NCBI GenBank assembly: GCA_951406725.2
Contig: OX597821.1
Location: 69,378,001-69,442,000, forward strand
Source of the DNA: Octopus vulgaris
Lineage: Eukaryota
Length of the DNA: 64,000 nucleotides
Direction: 5' to 3'
In this document: in pieces, positions 1 to 13,519 of the stretch
How the letters are laid out: each line of letters opens with the position of its first letter
How positions within the stretch are numbered: the stretch's first letter is position 1
Notes under the pieces: generated by a model
What the model saw: only the letters and a program-made list of their open reading frames with translations
What the model was told of the DNA's origin: nothing
The model's database searches: none
Program-made: the position numbers and the translations under genes

Positions 1-180
1 CAAAGGGGATAAGTCAATTACATCAACCCCGATGCGTAACTGGTACTGATTTAATCGACCCTGAAAGGATGAAAGGCAAAGTCAACCTCGGCAGAATTTG
101 AACTCAGAATGTAGTGGCAAATGAAATGCTGCTAAGCATTTAGCATTTCACCTGGTATGCTAACGATCCTGCCAGCTTAC
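1..180 (-). mobile_element. tRNA-derived SINE family 1, partial
   Basis: Reverse complement of the element at 3012-3248 (GAGTTCAAATTC B box; GACTTTGCCTTTCATCCTTTC central block). Confidence 0.75.
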
Positions 181-424
181 CATTAAGCAACAACATTGCC
201 TCCCTGCCAAGGAAGCATCTGTATGTGATGTTGTCTTCAAAGCAACTTGGACAGGGCCAACTTAGGTTAAGTTAGAGCGGAAGTGATTTGCAAAACAATG
301 CCTAGCATTTTTATCATCACCCCCACCATACAGTATTATGAGTCAGTGAGGAGCTTTTATGCCATTGCTGGTGAATCAATGGCTCACAAATCTCATATAG
401 CTCTTGAAGCTACCATGTGAAAAC

Positions 425-675
425 ATCATCATCATCATCATTTAACATCCGTTTTCCATGCTAGTATGGGTTGGATGGTTCGACCGGGGTCTGGGAAGCC
501 AGGAGGCTGCACCAGGCTCCATTCTGATCTGGCAGTGTTTCTACAGCTGGATGCCCTTCCTAATGCCAACCATTCCATGAGTGTAGTGGGTACTTTTTAC
601 GTGCCACCGGCACAGGGGCCAGAGGAGGCTGGCAACGGCCACGATCAGTTGGTGCTTTTTATGTGCCACCAGCAC
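425..675 (-). mobile_element. SINE-like repeat with (GAT)n tail, 3' part
   Basis: Reverse complement of AAGGGCATCCAGCTGTAGAAAC...CCAACCCATGCCAGCATGGAAA..GGACGTTAAA(GAT)n also found at 21200-21836 and 31065-31540. Confidence 0.75.
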
Positions 676-798
676 AGAAGCCCTCAAAATAATATTTGAT
701 ATTGGGTTTCAGTGCTATTTTCCCTTAGACTATATTCTTTAGAAATACAGGAATGGGAGAAATTGGAATACTTTATAGACCCTGCTTTTCTCACTCTC

Positions 799-842
<44 letters not shown>

Positions 843-1306
843 TATATACATACATATAAATAATAATATTATAATTTTTAAAAAATATGTTGTGACTTTT
901 GAATTTAAGAAAAATTTATTTAGCTTTTCTAATCAAACAACATGGCTACCCCTGCTTCGTGCAGTCATTCAATCTAGTAAAAACAGGAGCCAAACCTCAT
1001 TCAAATCACACCCTACTGTCTTACAAGAAGAAAATTTAATGACACATTGGATAGTGTAGTATTTGACAATAAAGCTGAAAAAATAGTTGGGATGGTCATA
1101 GCTGGAATGCTTTTAAATCATAGATCTGTTCTTGAACTGAACAACTGGATTATTAATACAATGACCATTTCTCTTCATGTGCTATGCCTACATGGTTTTT
1201 TTGTTGGGGTGGGATACAGCAGTAGTTTCCTCATTGTCTTTTGCTGATTTATTTGCAGTTTAACTGCTCTTTCAAAGTAACAATTTAACACATAGACCCT
1301 AGTTAA

Positions 1307-1830
1307 CCCCTTGACGCTGGTATTACACGAAGCATGCAAGACACTGCTCTGGGTTTTTTTTTATCTAAAGAAGCCATGCAAACACACAAGTGCCAACGAG
1401 CTCACATCTATTTATGTTCACCTTTACAATAATATAGCGTTGTACATTTACGTCTACCGGTTTATGAAAATGAACTATGTGAAGCTATTTATCATAATAT
1501 GATATGCACGAGTTATTCTGCTCAAGTTAAAAAAATAGCTTGTGTGTGGGACAATCCAAAACACGTTATTATGCATTTAATGTATCTGCATGTCATTGGT
1601 CTACTGCTAGTCTTATGACTTGAATATAACCTAAAATAGGTAAGATAATGCACGGGACGGTGAGCGTGCACACTTTAAGAGATAAAGTACACGATAGCAA
1701 ATGTAAGCATATGCCAGCCGCTAAAAAGTCCGTAATAGATGTAGGGCAGCTCTACATCGTATATTTACGTTAACCGCTGGTAGGCAAACAAGAGTGTGAT
1801 CGCATATTTGCGTCAACCGTTGTCAAGGGG
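1307..1830. mobile_element. piggyBac-type MITE (524 bp)
   Basis: TTAA at 1303-1306 and 1831-1834; termini CCCCTTGAC...GTCAAGGGG (imperfect ~15-bp TIR); no transposase. Confidence 0.75.
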
Positions 1831-3011
1831 TTAACCTCTAGGCAGAGGGGCTGGTTCATGTTACTTCAGGGCATCCCCACACATTAACGAGCTTGCGTGA
1901 TAGATGTCTAGGAGTCAGCCCTCCTCCGGGATCTTGTTTCTATTAATCTCAGCATCATCTTCTACTATATAATCAATGATTAAAGTTACTTAACAGCTGT
2001 TTCCATCCCATGCCAAAGTGAACTGGAAGTAGTAGTGACTAGGCGGTAACTTGACATGCTCCAAAACCTCTGAACTTCTGAGCTGGAGCCATATTATCAG
2101 ATGCTGTTTAACCCTTACTGCACTGGAGCCAAGTATACCTGGTTCCATGCATGTGCACTTGTGACATGGGGGCCAAGTTAATTTGTTATTGATTATGGGG
2201 TACTTTCTGGAACTCTCCACTTTTCATATGACATAGTACACACATTTTATTTTTACTGGCCAATTAGTTCAGTATTTGCGTGTTAGTATGAAAAAATTTA
2301 ATCAGCTCAGTGAGGATTTAATGTCTTACCTTAGACCAAATATAATGACACAAAAACATTAAGACATTCATTGTTGACAGTAAGAAACTCAGGTGTATTC
2401 ACTGACATACATCTCACATATTAATGAAGAACTACAGTCTTAGTTGACAGTGTCATATTCCCCCTGGTTGCGTCAGCTGTTTCCCAGACTCTCAGATCTG
2501 AGTAAGAATAGAAAGTTGACTATTAAGATCTAACCAGCAGAAGATAAGGGAACTGTCTGACTCATAGAGCTAGCTAGTTGCTGCTGTCCTACTGCTAGTT
2601 GCTAAGGCTCAATGAAAAGTTATTTGGTCTTTGAAAATTTTTGGACCTCCAAATTACGGATTCAGTGTTGTCAGTTTATAATTGTATAGTTTTGCTATTT
2701 TTGTTGTTGTTTAACCCTGGGCCAGGAGTTCATTGTTCAATAAAGGGATATTTGCTATTTCTTGCAGTTCAAGCAACTGGTAAAGTTTTTTTCTCCCATT
2801 GGCTCATCTTTTTCTTTTGTTGGCTTTACCATCCATTTATCTATGATATTGATGATTGTGACATTAAAGTGCTTGATTACTGATTGCATACTCATGTGTT
2901 GAAGCAACCAAAGTATTGTGCCCCAGGGTGAAGCTCATATGTTTACCTGACTTAGTTTATCTAGATGACACACAGTCCCTACATGTCACTGTTGCATGGT
3001 TAGTGGTAGTC

Positions 3012-3248
3012 AAGGCAGCGAGCTGGCAGAAACGTTAGCACGCCGGGCGAAATGCTTAGCAGTATTTCGTCTGCTGCTACGTTCTGAGTTCAAATTCCGC
3101 CGAGGTCAACTTTGCCTTTCATCCTTTCAGGGTCAATTAAATAAGTACCAGTTACGCTCTGGGATCGATATAATCGACTTAATCCGTCTGTCTGTCCTTG
3201 TTTGTCCCTTCTGTGTTTAGCCCCTTGTGGGTAGTAAAGAAATAGGTT
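3012..3248 (+). mobile_element. tRNA-derived SINE family 1 (octopus OK-like; Meta-type central block), near full length
   Basis: A box TGGCAGAAACGTTAG, B box GAGTTCAAATTCC, central GCCTTTCATCCTTTC...AAGTACCAG; flanking direct repeat GGTTAGTGGTAGT (2998-3010 / 3245-3257) looks like a TSD. Family name is from recollection. Confidence 0.85.
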
Positions 3249-3916
3249 AGTGGTAGTAGTAGTAGTAGTAGTAACTCCAAACTCACTCTAAAATTCAGTT
3301 GCTGCAACAATACATGCATCTGAGAAAACCTTTCTCCCCCATACACTACCCCATTTATATGATTTTGGAACCATTTATATAGAACAGAGGGGTAAAAATA
3401 CATTATGAGCTAAATCTTTTGATGTTAACTTACTTTTATAAGAGAAACCACTTCTGCTTCTATGATACAAAACCATCTGTTTTGAAGAGTTTATATTGAA
3501 ATCTAAACCTTCTATTGTAATTTTTATGTAAGAACCTTTTATTATGTTCCAAATGCCAGCTTAATAATAGAGAAGTTAGATATTTTTCTAAACTCTTTGC
3601 AAATTCTTGATGGTTGAAACACCTGAATGGTAAAATATTATCACAAAAGGATTAAGTGGATTTATGAACTGACTGAATAAATTCGACTGTCTATTATTTA
3701 AAGTGAAAATGTATGAAGTAAAATGTAAACAAAAAATTTTGGCCTAGATATTTATAAGTACTTTTAGATATTAACAAAGTTTTATTTTGAAATAATTAAT
3801 GAATTGTTGTTTCGAGCTATTAATGAAATATTGATCTGCTTTTGAAAAACGTTTACAAAGTACTCAACCTCAATTATATTTTTCTTCAATATTTTTCTGT
3901 TTTTTTTCTTTTGCAG

Positions 3917-4006
3917 GCTGGCAGTGGGAAGCCAAAGAAAGGCCTACATTTAAAGACATCCACAATGCTTTAGAAAATATGTTTGAAAAATCCAGTATTA
4001 GTGAAG
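3917..4006 (+). CDS. Abl: Abl-family tyrosine kinase, internal exon (end of kinase C-lobe)
   Basis: Pyrimidine tract + ttgcag acceptor, G|GTTGGT donor, 90 nt, phase 1/1. Translates (C)WQWEAKERPTFKDIHNALENMFEKSSISE, matching the ABL1-type [30 protein letters not shown] segment. Upstream exons lie outside the window. Confidence 0.93.
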
Positions 4007-5574
4007 GTTGGTCTCAACTCTAAAAAACTCTCCAAATGCTTTTCTTCTAGTCTGTTGGCTTTATCAGGTTTTGTGGCAGATGTCATTCAGTATCTAGCTT
4101 CTTGATGGATTGTGTTGGTAACCTAGTTCCAATTCCTAGTTAGGGTCACTTCAGTTTCGTTATTATTTCTATTGGTAAAGGCATGAACATAATAAAATCT
4201 GATTTCAAATTTTCAAATCTTGTTATTTACAAAAGCACTATTTTATTACAATTAGATACTCCTTCCTTCTGATTGGCATTCAGCGAAAAAGTGAGGGCAA
4301 CATGTGTTTGTCTCATAAGCAGCTTGAAATGAGTAATGTTCCTTGTCTTAGAACACATCACAGTTTCTGCCTGTTTATAATAACTCAGAATCCTAAGCCA
4401 CTTTGACTGTAAAGTTATTTTTCACCTTACTGGTGTTAATATTACCCTTCACCCTTATCAAGGTTGATAAAATAAAGCAACAGTTGAATTCAGGGGATTG
4501 ATATAATCAACTAATCCATCCTCTCAAAATCACAAACTTTTTACCTAAATTAGAACAATTATATTAATTTAATGTCTTAATCAGAAGAAGATAGTGCATG
4601 TGGTCCTCTTCAGAGTCTCCAGGAACTGTGGAAAGAAAGGGAGGAATTTGTCCTCAAACCAGAGACTTACCCAGATGCTTATAACAAAGTGGTATCTACT
4701 AAGGCTTCCATGAGTCAGATAGGCTATCAAATAAATCCAGTACCCATAATCACATTGTCTCTTTACAAATTTCACTCCCAAAGCTTTGATTGCCCCAAAA
4801 TTACGATACAAGAGACTTGCCTAAGGAGTTATACAGTGGGATTAAATTTGAATTCAAAACAATGCAGTTGTAGACAGTCATGTCTGTATCTTTTTAAATT
4901 GCTGACAAAAGTTTGTCCTGGTTGTTGTTCACAACTGTTTTCGCTCTAGTAATCTGCAATAGTCTGAATGTTCGCTATAGATATTCGAAGTTGGCTTGAC
5001 TATTGTGGAATTAAATTACTTGACCGTTGACCGTGAGATTTTCATTGAAGCATTGCTATAATGTTTGTGTTGTACCCTTTGGACTATCAAATTTGATATC
5101 TTGTCCTGGCTAGGATCCTAAAATATATGTGAAACAATTTGAACCATTTTGATACCCATTCTCCTGCAACTACTTCTAATTCTAACATAGAAAATTTTCT
5201 GTTTCATCATCGTTAACGTCCACCTTCCATGCTAGCATGGGTTGGACAATAATGATGTTAATTAAATTAATGATACATTGTTGATACTTAAATGAAGATA
5301 TTTAAATTGTCTATAATTTTGTAAGAATATTTTATATTCCAAATTCTTAACTATTTTTTCAAAATTTATTCAAAATTGTATGCTGTATAATTCATCAGAA
5401 ATACAGTAACAAACTGGTTAAACAAATGTAGAAAACTTAAGAATGGTTTTCTCGCATTATGTTACCCTTTACTACTTGGTGATTTCAGATTTATTATTTC
5501 TAGAATTCTGCATTTGCTTTTTGTGGACTACTATATTTTATTACGTTTAACTATTATGCCAATCTTTCTTTCAG

Positions 5575-5694
5575 AGGTTGAAAAAGAATTAGAAAGTGAA
5601 AAGCGCCGAACTCCTGGATTGCCTTCTAAAAAAGCACGTGCTCAAAGTCTTGATAGTTGTGAACATCTAGGAGTTGAAAGTCGAACTAATACAG
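5575..5694 (+). CDS. Abl: Abl kinase, penultimate exon
   Basis: tttctttcag acceptor, CAG|GTAAAT donor, 120 nt. Continues in frame as EVEKELESEKRRTPGLPSKKARAQ..., like ABL EVEKEL...PELPTK. Confidence 0.9.
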
Positions 5695-6605
5695 GTAAAT
5701 ATTACCGCAATCATTGTACCTTACTTTTATTTTTGTAATTTCTCTCTTCCCCCATTGATGTCACCCCAGTTGTAATTAACCTCTCACTGTGGTAATCAGA
5801 GTCAACAACAGTAAATCTCATAGAACACATCTGGCATTAATACTTCTACATCTATGAGCCATTCTAATTCAGTCACTTTTGATGTTTTCCCTGTGGTTTC
5901 TAATCCTACCCAGCCAAGGATGGAACGCATGTCACAGATCGCTTGTGATTTCCGCTGAATATAAACTGTTACTAATAAACCACATAAACCAATAAGAAAG
6001 CTTCTAGACTGTTGCTCAATTCGCTAGAAATAGCAGCCATATCTCCCTCAAATTATACCTTACTGTCTTCACAAAAACATAGATAATTAAGCTGTGCGAA
6101 AGACCAGATTGTCACAAGGGGAATATCTTTGATCATAGATCTCAGTCAGGTCTAACCTAGGAGCTGAACAACAGGATCCTTACACATTACATATACTACT
6201 TAATGTAAATAATTATTACCAAAAACACTGAATGCAGGGCCCTAGTAGATAACGTATTAGATACAATAATGCAAAATGTAACCATACGATTCTAATAAAT
6301 ACTAGCGTTTTCATTATATTTGCCAAAGAAAAATTAATTTTCAAACTCACAAGAGTTAGGGTTTATGGGTTCAGGGGACATAACTCTTGCTTGCGTAGCA
6401 GCTCGTATCTCGTTGCTTATGACAGACCACTTGAATTAATTGAATATTTTCATTGACCATTTGAACTTAAAATCAGTGAACTTAAACGAAGCAAATTAAA
6501 TTAAATATCAAACAATCTAACATAATGGAAAACAGTTATAATAAGGAGATGTACTTGCATAGCGAGTGACTTGATCTGAGATTGTGTGCTGGAACGAAAA
6601 CAATT

Positions 6606-6951
6606 GCCTTTAGTCGAGCAAATCGACCCCTGGACTTATTCTTTGTAAGCCCAGTACTTATTCTATCGGTCTATTTTGCCGAACCGCTAAGTGACGGGGA
6701 CGTAAACACACCAGCATCGGTTGTCAAGCAATGCTAGGGGAACAAACACAGACACACAAACACACACACACATATATATACATATATACGACAGGCTTCT
6801 TTCAGTTTCCGTCTACCAAATCCACTCACAAGGCATTGGTCGGCCCGGGGCTATAGCAGAAGACACTTGCCCAAGATGCCACGCAGTGGGACTGAACCCG
6901 GAACCATGTGGTTGGTTAGCAAGCTACTTACCACACAGCCACTCCTGCGCC
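6606..6951 (-). mobile_element. tRNA-derived SINE family 2 (CORE-like block)
   Basis: Minus strand GGCGCAGGAGTGGCTGTGTGGTAAG...GGTTCAGTCCC...CTTGGGCAAGTGTCTT; homologous copies at about 15250-15560(-), 22155-22512(+), 23585-23940(-), 25460-25857(-), 28826-28982(-). Confidence 0.85.
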
Positions 6952-8306
6952 TCCTGTTTGGTGATAACTAATCATTCCTCTGTTTTCCTTTAGCTGGGCG
7001 AACAAGGTGCTTTCTTCTGTTTGGTGGAAATAATGAAAGGGAACATGTGGTGAAAAAAAATTAAAAGGATTGTTGACAGATAACATTTTTAGCAAGGCCC
7101 TCATCAACTTTTCAAGCTCCACTTTGAATAGGAGGCACTGCTATTCAGCAAATTTGCTGAGAAGTAGCTGAGAGTAACTAGTATGGCTTGAGAGAATGGG
7201 GCTACTTTTAGCATGTGCCTCTAAGCTATACAATACTACCAAGAAGGAAAACTTGCTTCCGGTAATCAAAGTAATTTTGCATCTATGAGGTTCCTTGATT
7301 AGTGCTTGGTGGTTGTTCCCCACCCTATTTTGGAACATCACATTGCATATCTTATATATGCTTTTGTTTTCCCTCCATGTTCTTTTTTTTTTTTTCCTTA
7401 ACCATTTTAATGTAACCCTCTTTCTGCTTTTGTATTGTGTCCTTGTAGTGTCTCCTCATTCATTGCTCTTGTAGCAAATAAAAGAAATTATTACTACTAT
7501 TAGTATTATGGCATACTTGGTCAACTGCCAGTTTTAATCTTGCCAGATTAAATTACCAGATTAAATTTACCATTAACCCCCACTGGGGTTGGTGGTGTCA
7601 TTATCTGGCCACACTACTCGCATGGATTCACATGACTCTCTGTCCAATTCTATTATGAATTTGGATTAGAAGCTTGAGTCACAATGAATCTTTCATTAGC
7701 TGATTACACACCCATGGATGCCACCCCTATGGGTGCGTTACAGTTTCTCTCTTGATAATGTCTGGTGATTCTGACCATTGATCTTCTAAGATTCTTCCAC
7801 TCAGCATCAATGTAGAAGCACCATTAGATCAGTTTGAGCTCTTCCACTGCCTCTTCACCACAATCTGCAGTACCGCAGTCCTGTGACTTTGCTGTATCCC
7901 TGGGTGTCTGAAAGGGTGCTATGCCTTGCCAAAGGACAGCCTCCATTACTATGCAGAGCACAGTCATCGCTCTATGAAGCATTTTCAAAATACATACCAA
8001 AATGACAAAAACTCACTTGGTTTCGAGTTTCTATGTGAATATGGTCTGTGAAAGCACGGCCCTCAATCCTTTCCACAGTCCGTATTCATACTGAAAATCA
8101 AGATGGAGTGAGCTTTTATCTCTGGTAATATAAGTATCAGTAATACACTGAAATTCAAGTCAAATAATTATATCCTTCTCTATAAATTTGTATCTTTGCT
8201 TAAAAATTTGAAACTTTGTGGCAGCGCATGTTATTATCAAATAAATTTTTTAAATCATCATCATCATCATTATTATTTATTATTGTTGTTGTTGTTGTTG
8301 TTTCAG

Positions 8307-10558
8307 GTGCTACCCCTCCAGCTGGTCGACGTGTTCTTCCACCCCTTGATGACTGTGACAAACGGCAGATGGAGATACTACAAAGGAAGTCATCAAGGAA
8401 AAAGAGCCCTGCACCAGTTCCTCCTCAGCGAACAACTTCATTTCGCGGTCCACCTGTGGATACTGCGTCAGAAATGGAGTTTGAGCTGAAGAACAAAATC
8501 AAACAGCAAAAGGCCAAAATTGAGGCCTCAACCCTTCACGAAGACTCAACTGAGCCTCAGGTCACCTTAGAACTGAGCCATCCAGATAATTATATTGGCA
8601 ACAATAGGTTTACCAAAACTAAACATTTGTCATTGAAGGGTAGCTCACCGAAATCCTTCCGACGCCATGACAATGATAAGTACCAGGGAAGCAAGGATGC
8701 CGACGATAACTTTCCTCGCCAAATGACGGAAAGTTTCAAAGGTTCCCATATCGATAAATCAAAATACATAATCTCAGATTTAGGAAATAAAAACCCCAGA
8801 CCACCACCTGGACATCTAAACCATGTGATTCCAGCAGAAATCCGACCCGAGCGTCCCAAGATTGACAAAGAGACGAGCACTAGCGAAGAAAGCATGGAAG
8901 CTGCAGCGGGACATGGTGGTGTTTACCCAAAGGTTGCCCTTTCTCTACCCCATAGGTCGTCCAGTTTTAAGAAGGGCAAGCCACTGACAGATAATCAAGA
9001 CTCTGAAGAAACTGTGGATCAAGAAAATTTTGTCAATGTCGGCAAATTAGATGCGGATAATGTGAAGACAATTGGCCGTTACGGGACTATTCCAAAGGGG
9101 GTGAGGATTGGAGCATATTTTAGGTCAATGGAAGATGAATCAAACCATACTGACCAACGTGAATCTAGCATTGATGATGTTGATTCTGGTACTGATACGG
9201 CCAGTGTGACTTCCTGTCCCCCATTACCACCGACTGCTGACACACCCGGAGATAGTGGTAAAGATGAAGAAAGCAACAATATTGGTATTAAACAGGAGCA
9301 TAATTTAAAGCCTTCTGCAGTTGTTAAATCACAGTCTTCTCAAATGCTTGTTGATAACCCAAAATCTTCATTTACAGGATTACTTCAGCGTCAAAAATCT
9401 GACCTAACCCATGGTAAAGTACAAGGAAGCAAACCCGACTATTCTCCTTCAAAACCTGACAATGGAATGCTTTCAAGTATTTCTCCTGGAGGATCAAAAT
9501 CTGATGATATATCAGAATTAAGCAAGTCAAGAATAAGCCCTCGATTTTCTCATGTGTTTGAAGATAATAAGAAAGAAGAGTTAAAAGAAAACAAAAAGTT
9601 CCAGCATAAACCTTTAAAGTCTCCTGATGAAGGTACATCTGAACTACGCAGCTTCCATAAAGTAGGCCAACCATTTCCCTCAAGGCCCCCCGGTTTGGCC
9701 CACGTTAATGACTCTAGTCCTACGAGTACTGAATCAACATTAGTGAGCAGTCCTGACTCTGTTGTGGAGAGATCCAAAAATGATATCCGTTCACCTCCTC
9801 CCAGACCACCCATCCGTGCACGAGTGTCGTTAGCTGATACTGATGATGGCAGTAGGCTATCAAAAGAAGTCAACGACAACAATGTACCACCTGCTGTCTT
9901 GTCCAAAATGGCCTCCAAAGTGAAGCTACCGTCTCTGCCCCCCAGCAGTGAGGCAGCATCCCTGAAACCCACCGGGCGAGATATAGACAGATCCAAATCA
10001 GATCAGTCCACTGATCGGTTTAGCTCTAATTCTGACTTTACTGCCGGGCACTTGACACCTGGCATTGCTCACAAACCTCCACCAGGTAACCAGAGAGATG
10101 AGCCTCCACCTAAAACTCTGTTTTCTAACTTCCGATCAGCCGCTCTGAGTCACCGCCACATTGATAACGATACGTCCGACAGCAAAAATTCACAAAACAA
10201 TCAATCTGTTGATGATAACTCCAAATCTGAAACACCTGTCACGAAGGATTCAATCATAGAGGCATCGAGCCGACTCGGAGGTCGCATTGATTCCTTGGCA
10301 ACAAGTAGCTCAAAGAGCTCGGGTGAGTTCATGGACTTATCGAAACAGGTGCAAACATATCACGAAATGTGTTCCCAGTTCATTGATTCCTTACCACCTC
10401 ACAGCAAGTTCCAGGGACGAGAATTGTTGAATCGGCTGCATCTGGAGTTACAAAAGTTGAAGACGTTGTCAGGAAGCTGTTTGACCAGCAGCAGCTCCAG
10501 CTTGTTGAATGAAATTCAGTCGACAAATAAAGAAATCCTGCAAGTCATTCAGCGATGA
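8307..10558 (+). CDS. Abl: Abl kinase, large terminal coding exon (PxxP/NLS region, low-complexity linker, F-actin-binding domain)
   Basis: tttcag acceptor, in frame with previous exon. RKKSPAPVPPQRTTSFR resembles ABL KKTAPTPPKRSSSFR; RYGTIPKGVRIGAY resembles the invertebrate Abl motif; C-terminal FIDSLPPHSKFQGRELLNRL...EILQVIQR matches the Abl F-actin-binding bundle ending VQR. TGA at 10556-10558. Confidence 0.93.
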
Positions 10559-12257
10559 GCAGCAAACTAGAAAACAGAGAATTTGGGTTATGGTTACAAG
10601 ACAGAAGAACAGACAGCAGATGGATGGACTCGCTGAAAAATTGCTTTTTTTTCCTATTCTCACCCCATCAACATATACATCTGTGAATGAACAAACACAC
10701 ACAAATACATACATACATATATATATATATATTTACATATGTACACGCGCTTTCACACTCATGCACATACACACAATCGTACATTCACCTACAAATGCGT
10801 ACTTTGTCATATTTTATCTTTTCGCTCACTTTCTCTCACTGTCTCTCTTTTTCCCTTTCACTTCTTCTTTCTCTATCTTTCTTCTCCCCCCCCTCACTTC
10901 AAGGCAGCCCCTTTCAGCCTGATCTGTAATCTTCATTTGCTGCGTTAAGTATTTTCATTTCTGTTGTGCACAACAGATCATTAGCATATGACATTTTGCA
11001 TGGACAGTTGGTTGCAGCTGTCCTGCCCAAGTCAAACACAGACGTTGATCTGCTGGTTCTGTTGAATATATTCCACACCCACTCACTTCTCATTCTCTCT
11101 TTCTTTTCTCTCGCTCTCTTTCTTCACATATATATATATATACATACATACATACATACATATATATATATATGAAGGACTGGAGTCTTGTTTTCCTGCT
11201 GTTCCTGGCGTTGTTGTTCAGCTGCACACAGCAGTCTTACAGAAGTTTGTGCTAACATTCACAGGATGTTTGCATTGTCTGCAAGGAACAGGGATCAAGA
11301 GTTCCTTCTAGCCGAACATTATAAATTGCAAAACTTTCCTCGTTTGTTGCTATGCAACTCGCGAAATCTATGTTTGACCAATGGTGAGCAGCTTGTGGAC
11401 GACTGAACTACCTTTGACTTTTGACCTAGCTGTGCATTTACCAATGAGCGATCCCTCTCTTTCTCCCTTCTCTTTCTTTGTTGCTGTCTCTTTCTCTCTG
11501 CCTGTCTGTCACTCTTCCCTCCTCTCTCTCTCAACTTTCTGATGTAAATTCTAAGAAGTACTTAACTCCTCCCTTTCAATTCTAAATATCTTTCCCTCTT
11601 TTTTCCTTCCTTCCTTCCTTCCTTCCTATGGGGGTTTCATTCCTCTGCACCAATGTTGACTTGACTAAGCTTTTTCGCTGTGTTACAAAGGTTGCCCTAT
11701 CTGTTGGTTTTGCATGTATGTAAGTGCATTTATGTGCATGTGTGTGTGTGTGTGTATGTGGATGTGCATGTGCGTAAATGACATGCAACCAAAGTATAGG
11801 ATTCTGCAGTTAACAATCAGGAAGCTGAGTATTTCTGCATTAATGTTACACCGTGCAACTATCAATAATTAAATATAATTTATAATATCTGGAAAAAGAA
11901 ACGAAAAAAAAATAGAATGTGAAAAAAAAAAATATAAAATTGGCAGAAAGCACCACCATCAAAAATAATAATAATCTTAACATGAAAAAATATCCAACAA
12001 AAAAAAAATAACAAAAACTTCATTAAATGAATTCAGATAAAAGAAGGAAAGCTAAAACAAAACAGCATTTAAAAAAATTTTTTTTTTTTTTTTGAAACCT
12101 GGAAAAAAAGATGTTCCATTTGAAGAGAACAAAGAACCCTGTTGATACATATTGCAACTAAATGTTCTCTTCTTTCCCACCTTCCTCACAATGGCAGGTG
12201 TTTCATGCACACATGCTTATATACACGCACACACATACATATAGCCATATGTATATA

Positions 12258-12305
<48 letters not shown>

Positions 12306-12314
12306 TATATTTAC

Positions 12315-12362
<48 letters not shown>

Positions 12363-13460
12363 ATATGTATATATTGTGTGTATATTTATATATATTTGTG
12401 TGCATATTTATATATATATTTATGGATGTATATATTTATATATATTTATGGATGTATATATTTATATATATTTATGGATGTATATGTTTATATATATTTA
12501 TATATATGTATGTTATATATGTGTGTATATATATATATATATACACATACATATATGTGTATATATATTTATGAGTATATGTATTATATACTTATGTGTA
12601 TATATATATATACCTGAGTGCATATGTATATTATATATTATATAATACACATTAGTGTATATATTTATATATATGCACACACATATGTATATAAATGTAT
12701 CTATACATATGCATACATATATATTTATGTGTGTGTGTTTGTGTCTATATATACATATGTGTGTATATATGTATGTATCTCTATGCGACGATAGGAAGAA
12801 TGAAGCTTCTTTAAGATGAACCGAACCTGAACAATGAAAAGCCCCCTCTCCCTGCGCCCAAGGCTCCTCCGTCTCCACCTCCTCCTTTTCACTTACCCAC
12901 TTGGCTGAAGTAATGTGCAACATACAGACAGGACAACCCTGGTGGTGACCCTTTCTGACACTGCTGGTTGTTTATAAAGATGTTTTAAGTGTCCACACTT
13001 CACCAATTTCCATCTGACTGATAAATCTCAGATGTTATAATAAAGAAATAAAATAAAATAAAACAAAATAAAAAGCAAAAAAAAAAATTTAGAAATCAAA
13101 TGCAAAAGACATTAAAGAAAAATAAACAAACATTAATGATAATACTAATATTAATGAAAATGATGATAATGATGATGATAAAATAAATTAATAAAATAAA
13201 AATTCTAAAAAAAAAGAAAACAATTACTAAAATTCTATTTAAAAAAAAACTACAAAAACAAAACAAAAGACATTTTTTCTTCCTGGGAATGAAATAGAAG
13301 ATTGGGTGAAATTAAATAGAATTTTCAAAGAAAACAAAAGGGAATTGAACAGAAAAATAAAAAAAAATTATTTAAAAAAATAAAGAAATCCTTAAAATTC
13401 ACTATTGTTATATCTTTTTTATCTTTCAATCTTCATTTGTTGGTTTTTTTTGTGAATATG
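10559..13460 (+). other. Probable long 3' UTR of Abl with microsatellites and clustered AATAAA signals
   Basis: Few interspersed repeats after the stop codon; several AATAAA from about 13039 to 13380 followed by U/GU-rich sequence near 13440-13490. True end is not determinable. Confidence 0.4.
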
Positions 13461-13519
13461 TATATTTTTGTGCATGTGTGTATGTTATGTATCCTCTGCT
13501 CACCAAAGTCTTGTTTTGT

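Noticed and set aside
8216-8306. N-terminal extension of the 780-aa ORF (poly-S and poly-V, signal-peptide-like)
   Set aside because: It is intronic (CAT)n/(TTG)n microsatellite upstream of the tttcag acceptor; the exon starts at 8307.
10556-10570. Stop-codon readthrough of Abl
   Set aside because: TGA is followed by GCA GCA AAC TAG: only 3 codons and no favourable context.
12142-12923. ORFs rich in YI/HT/CV, also near 26-27 kb, 35.1 kb, 41.1 kb, 50.8 kb, 55.8 kb and 61 kb
   Set aside because: Translations of (TA)n, (CA)n and (ATCT)n microsatellites.
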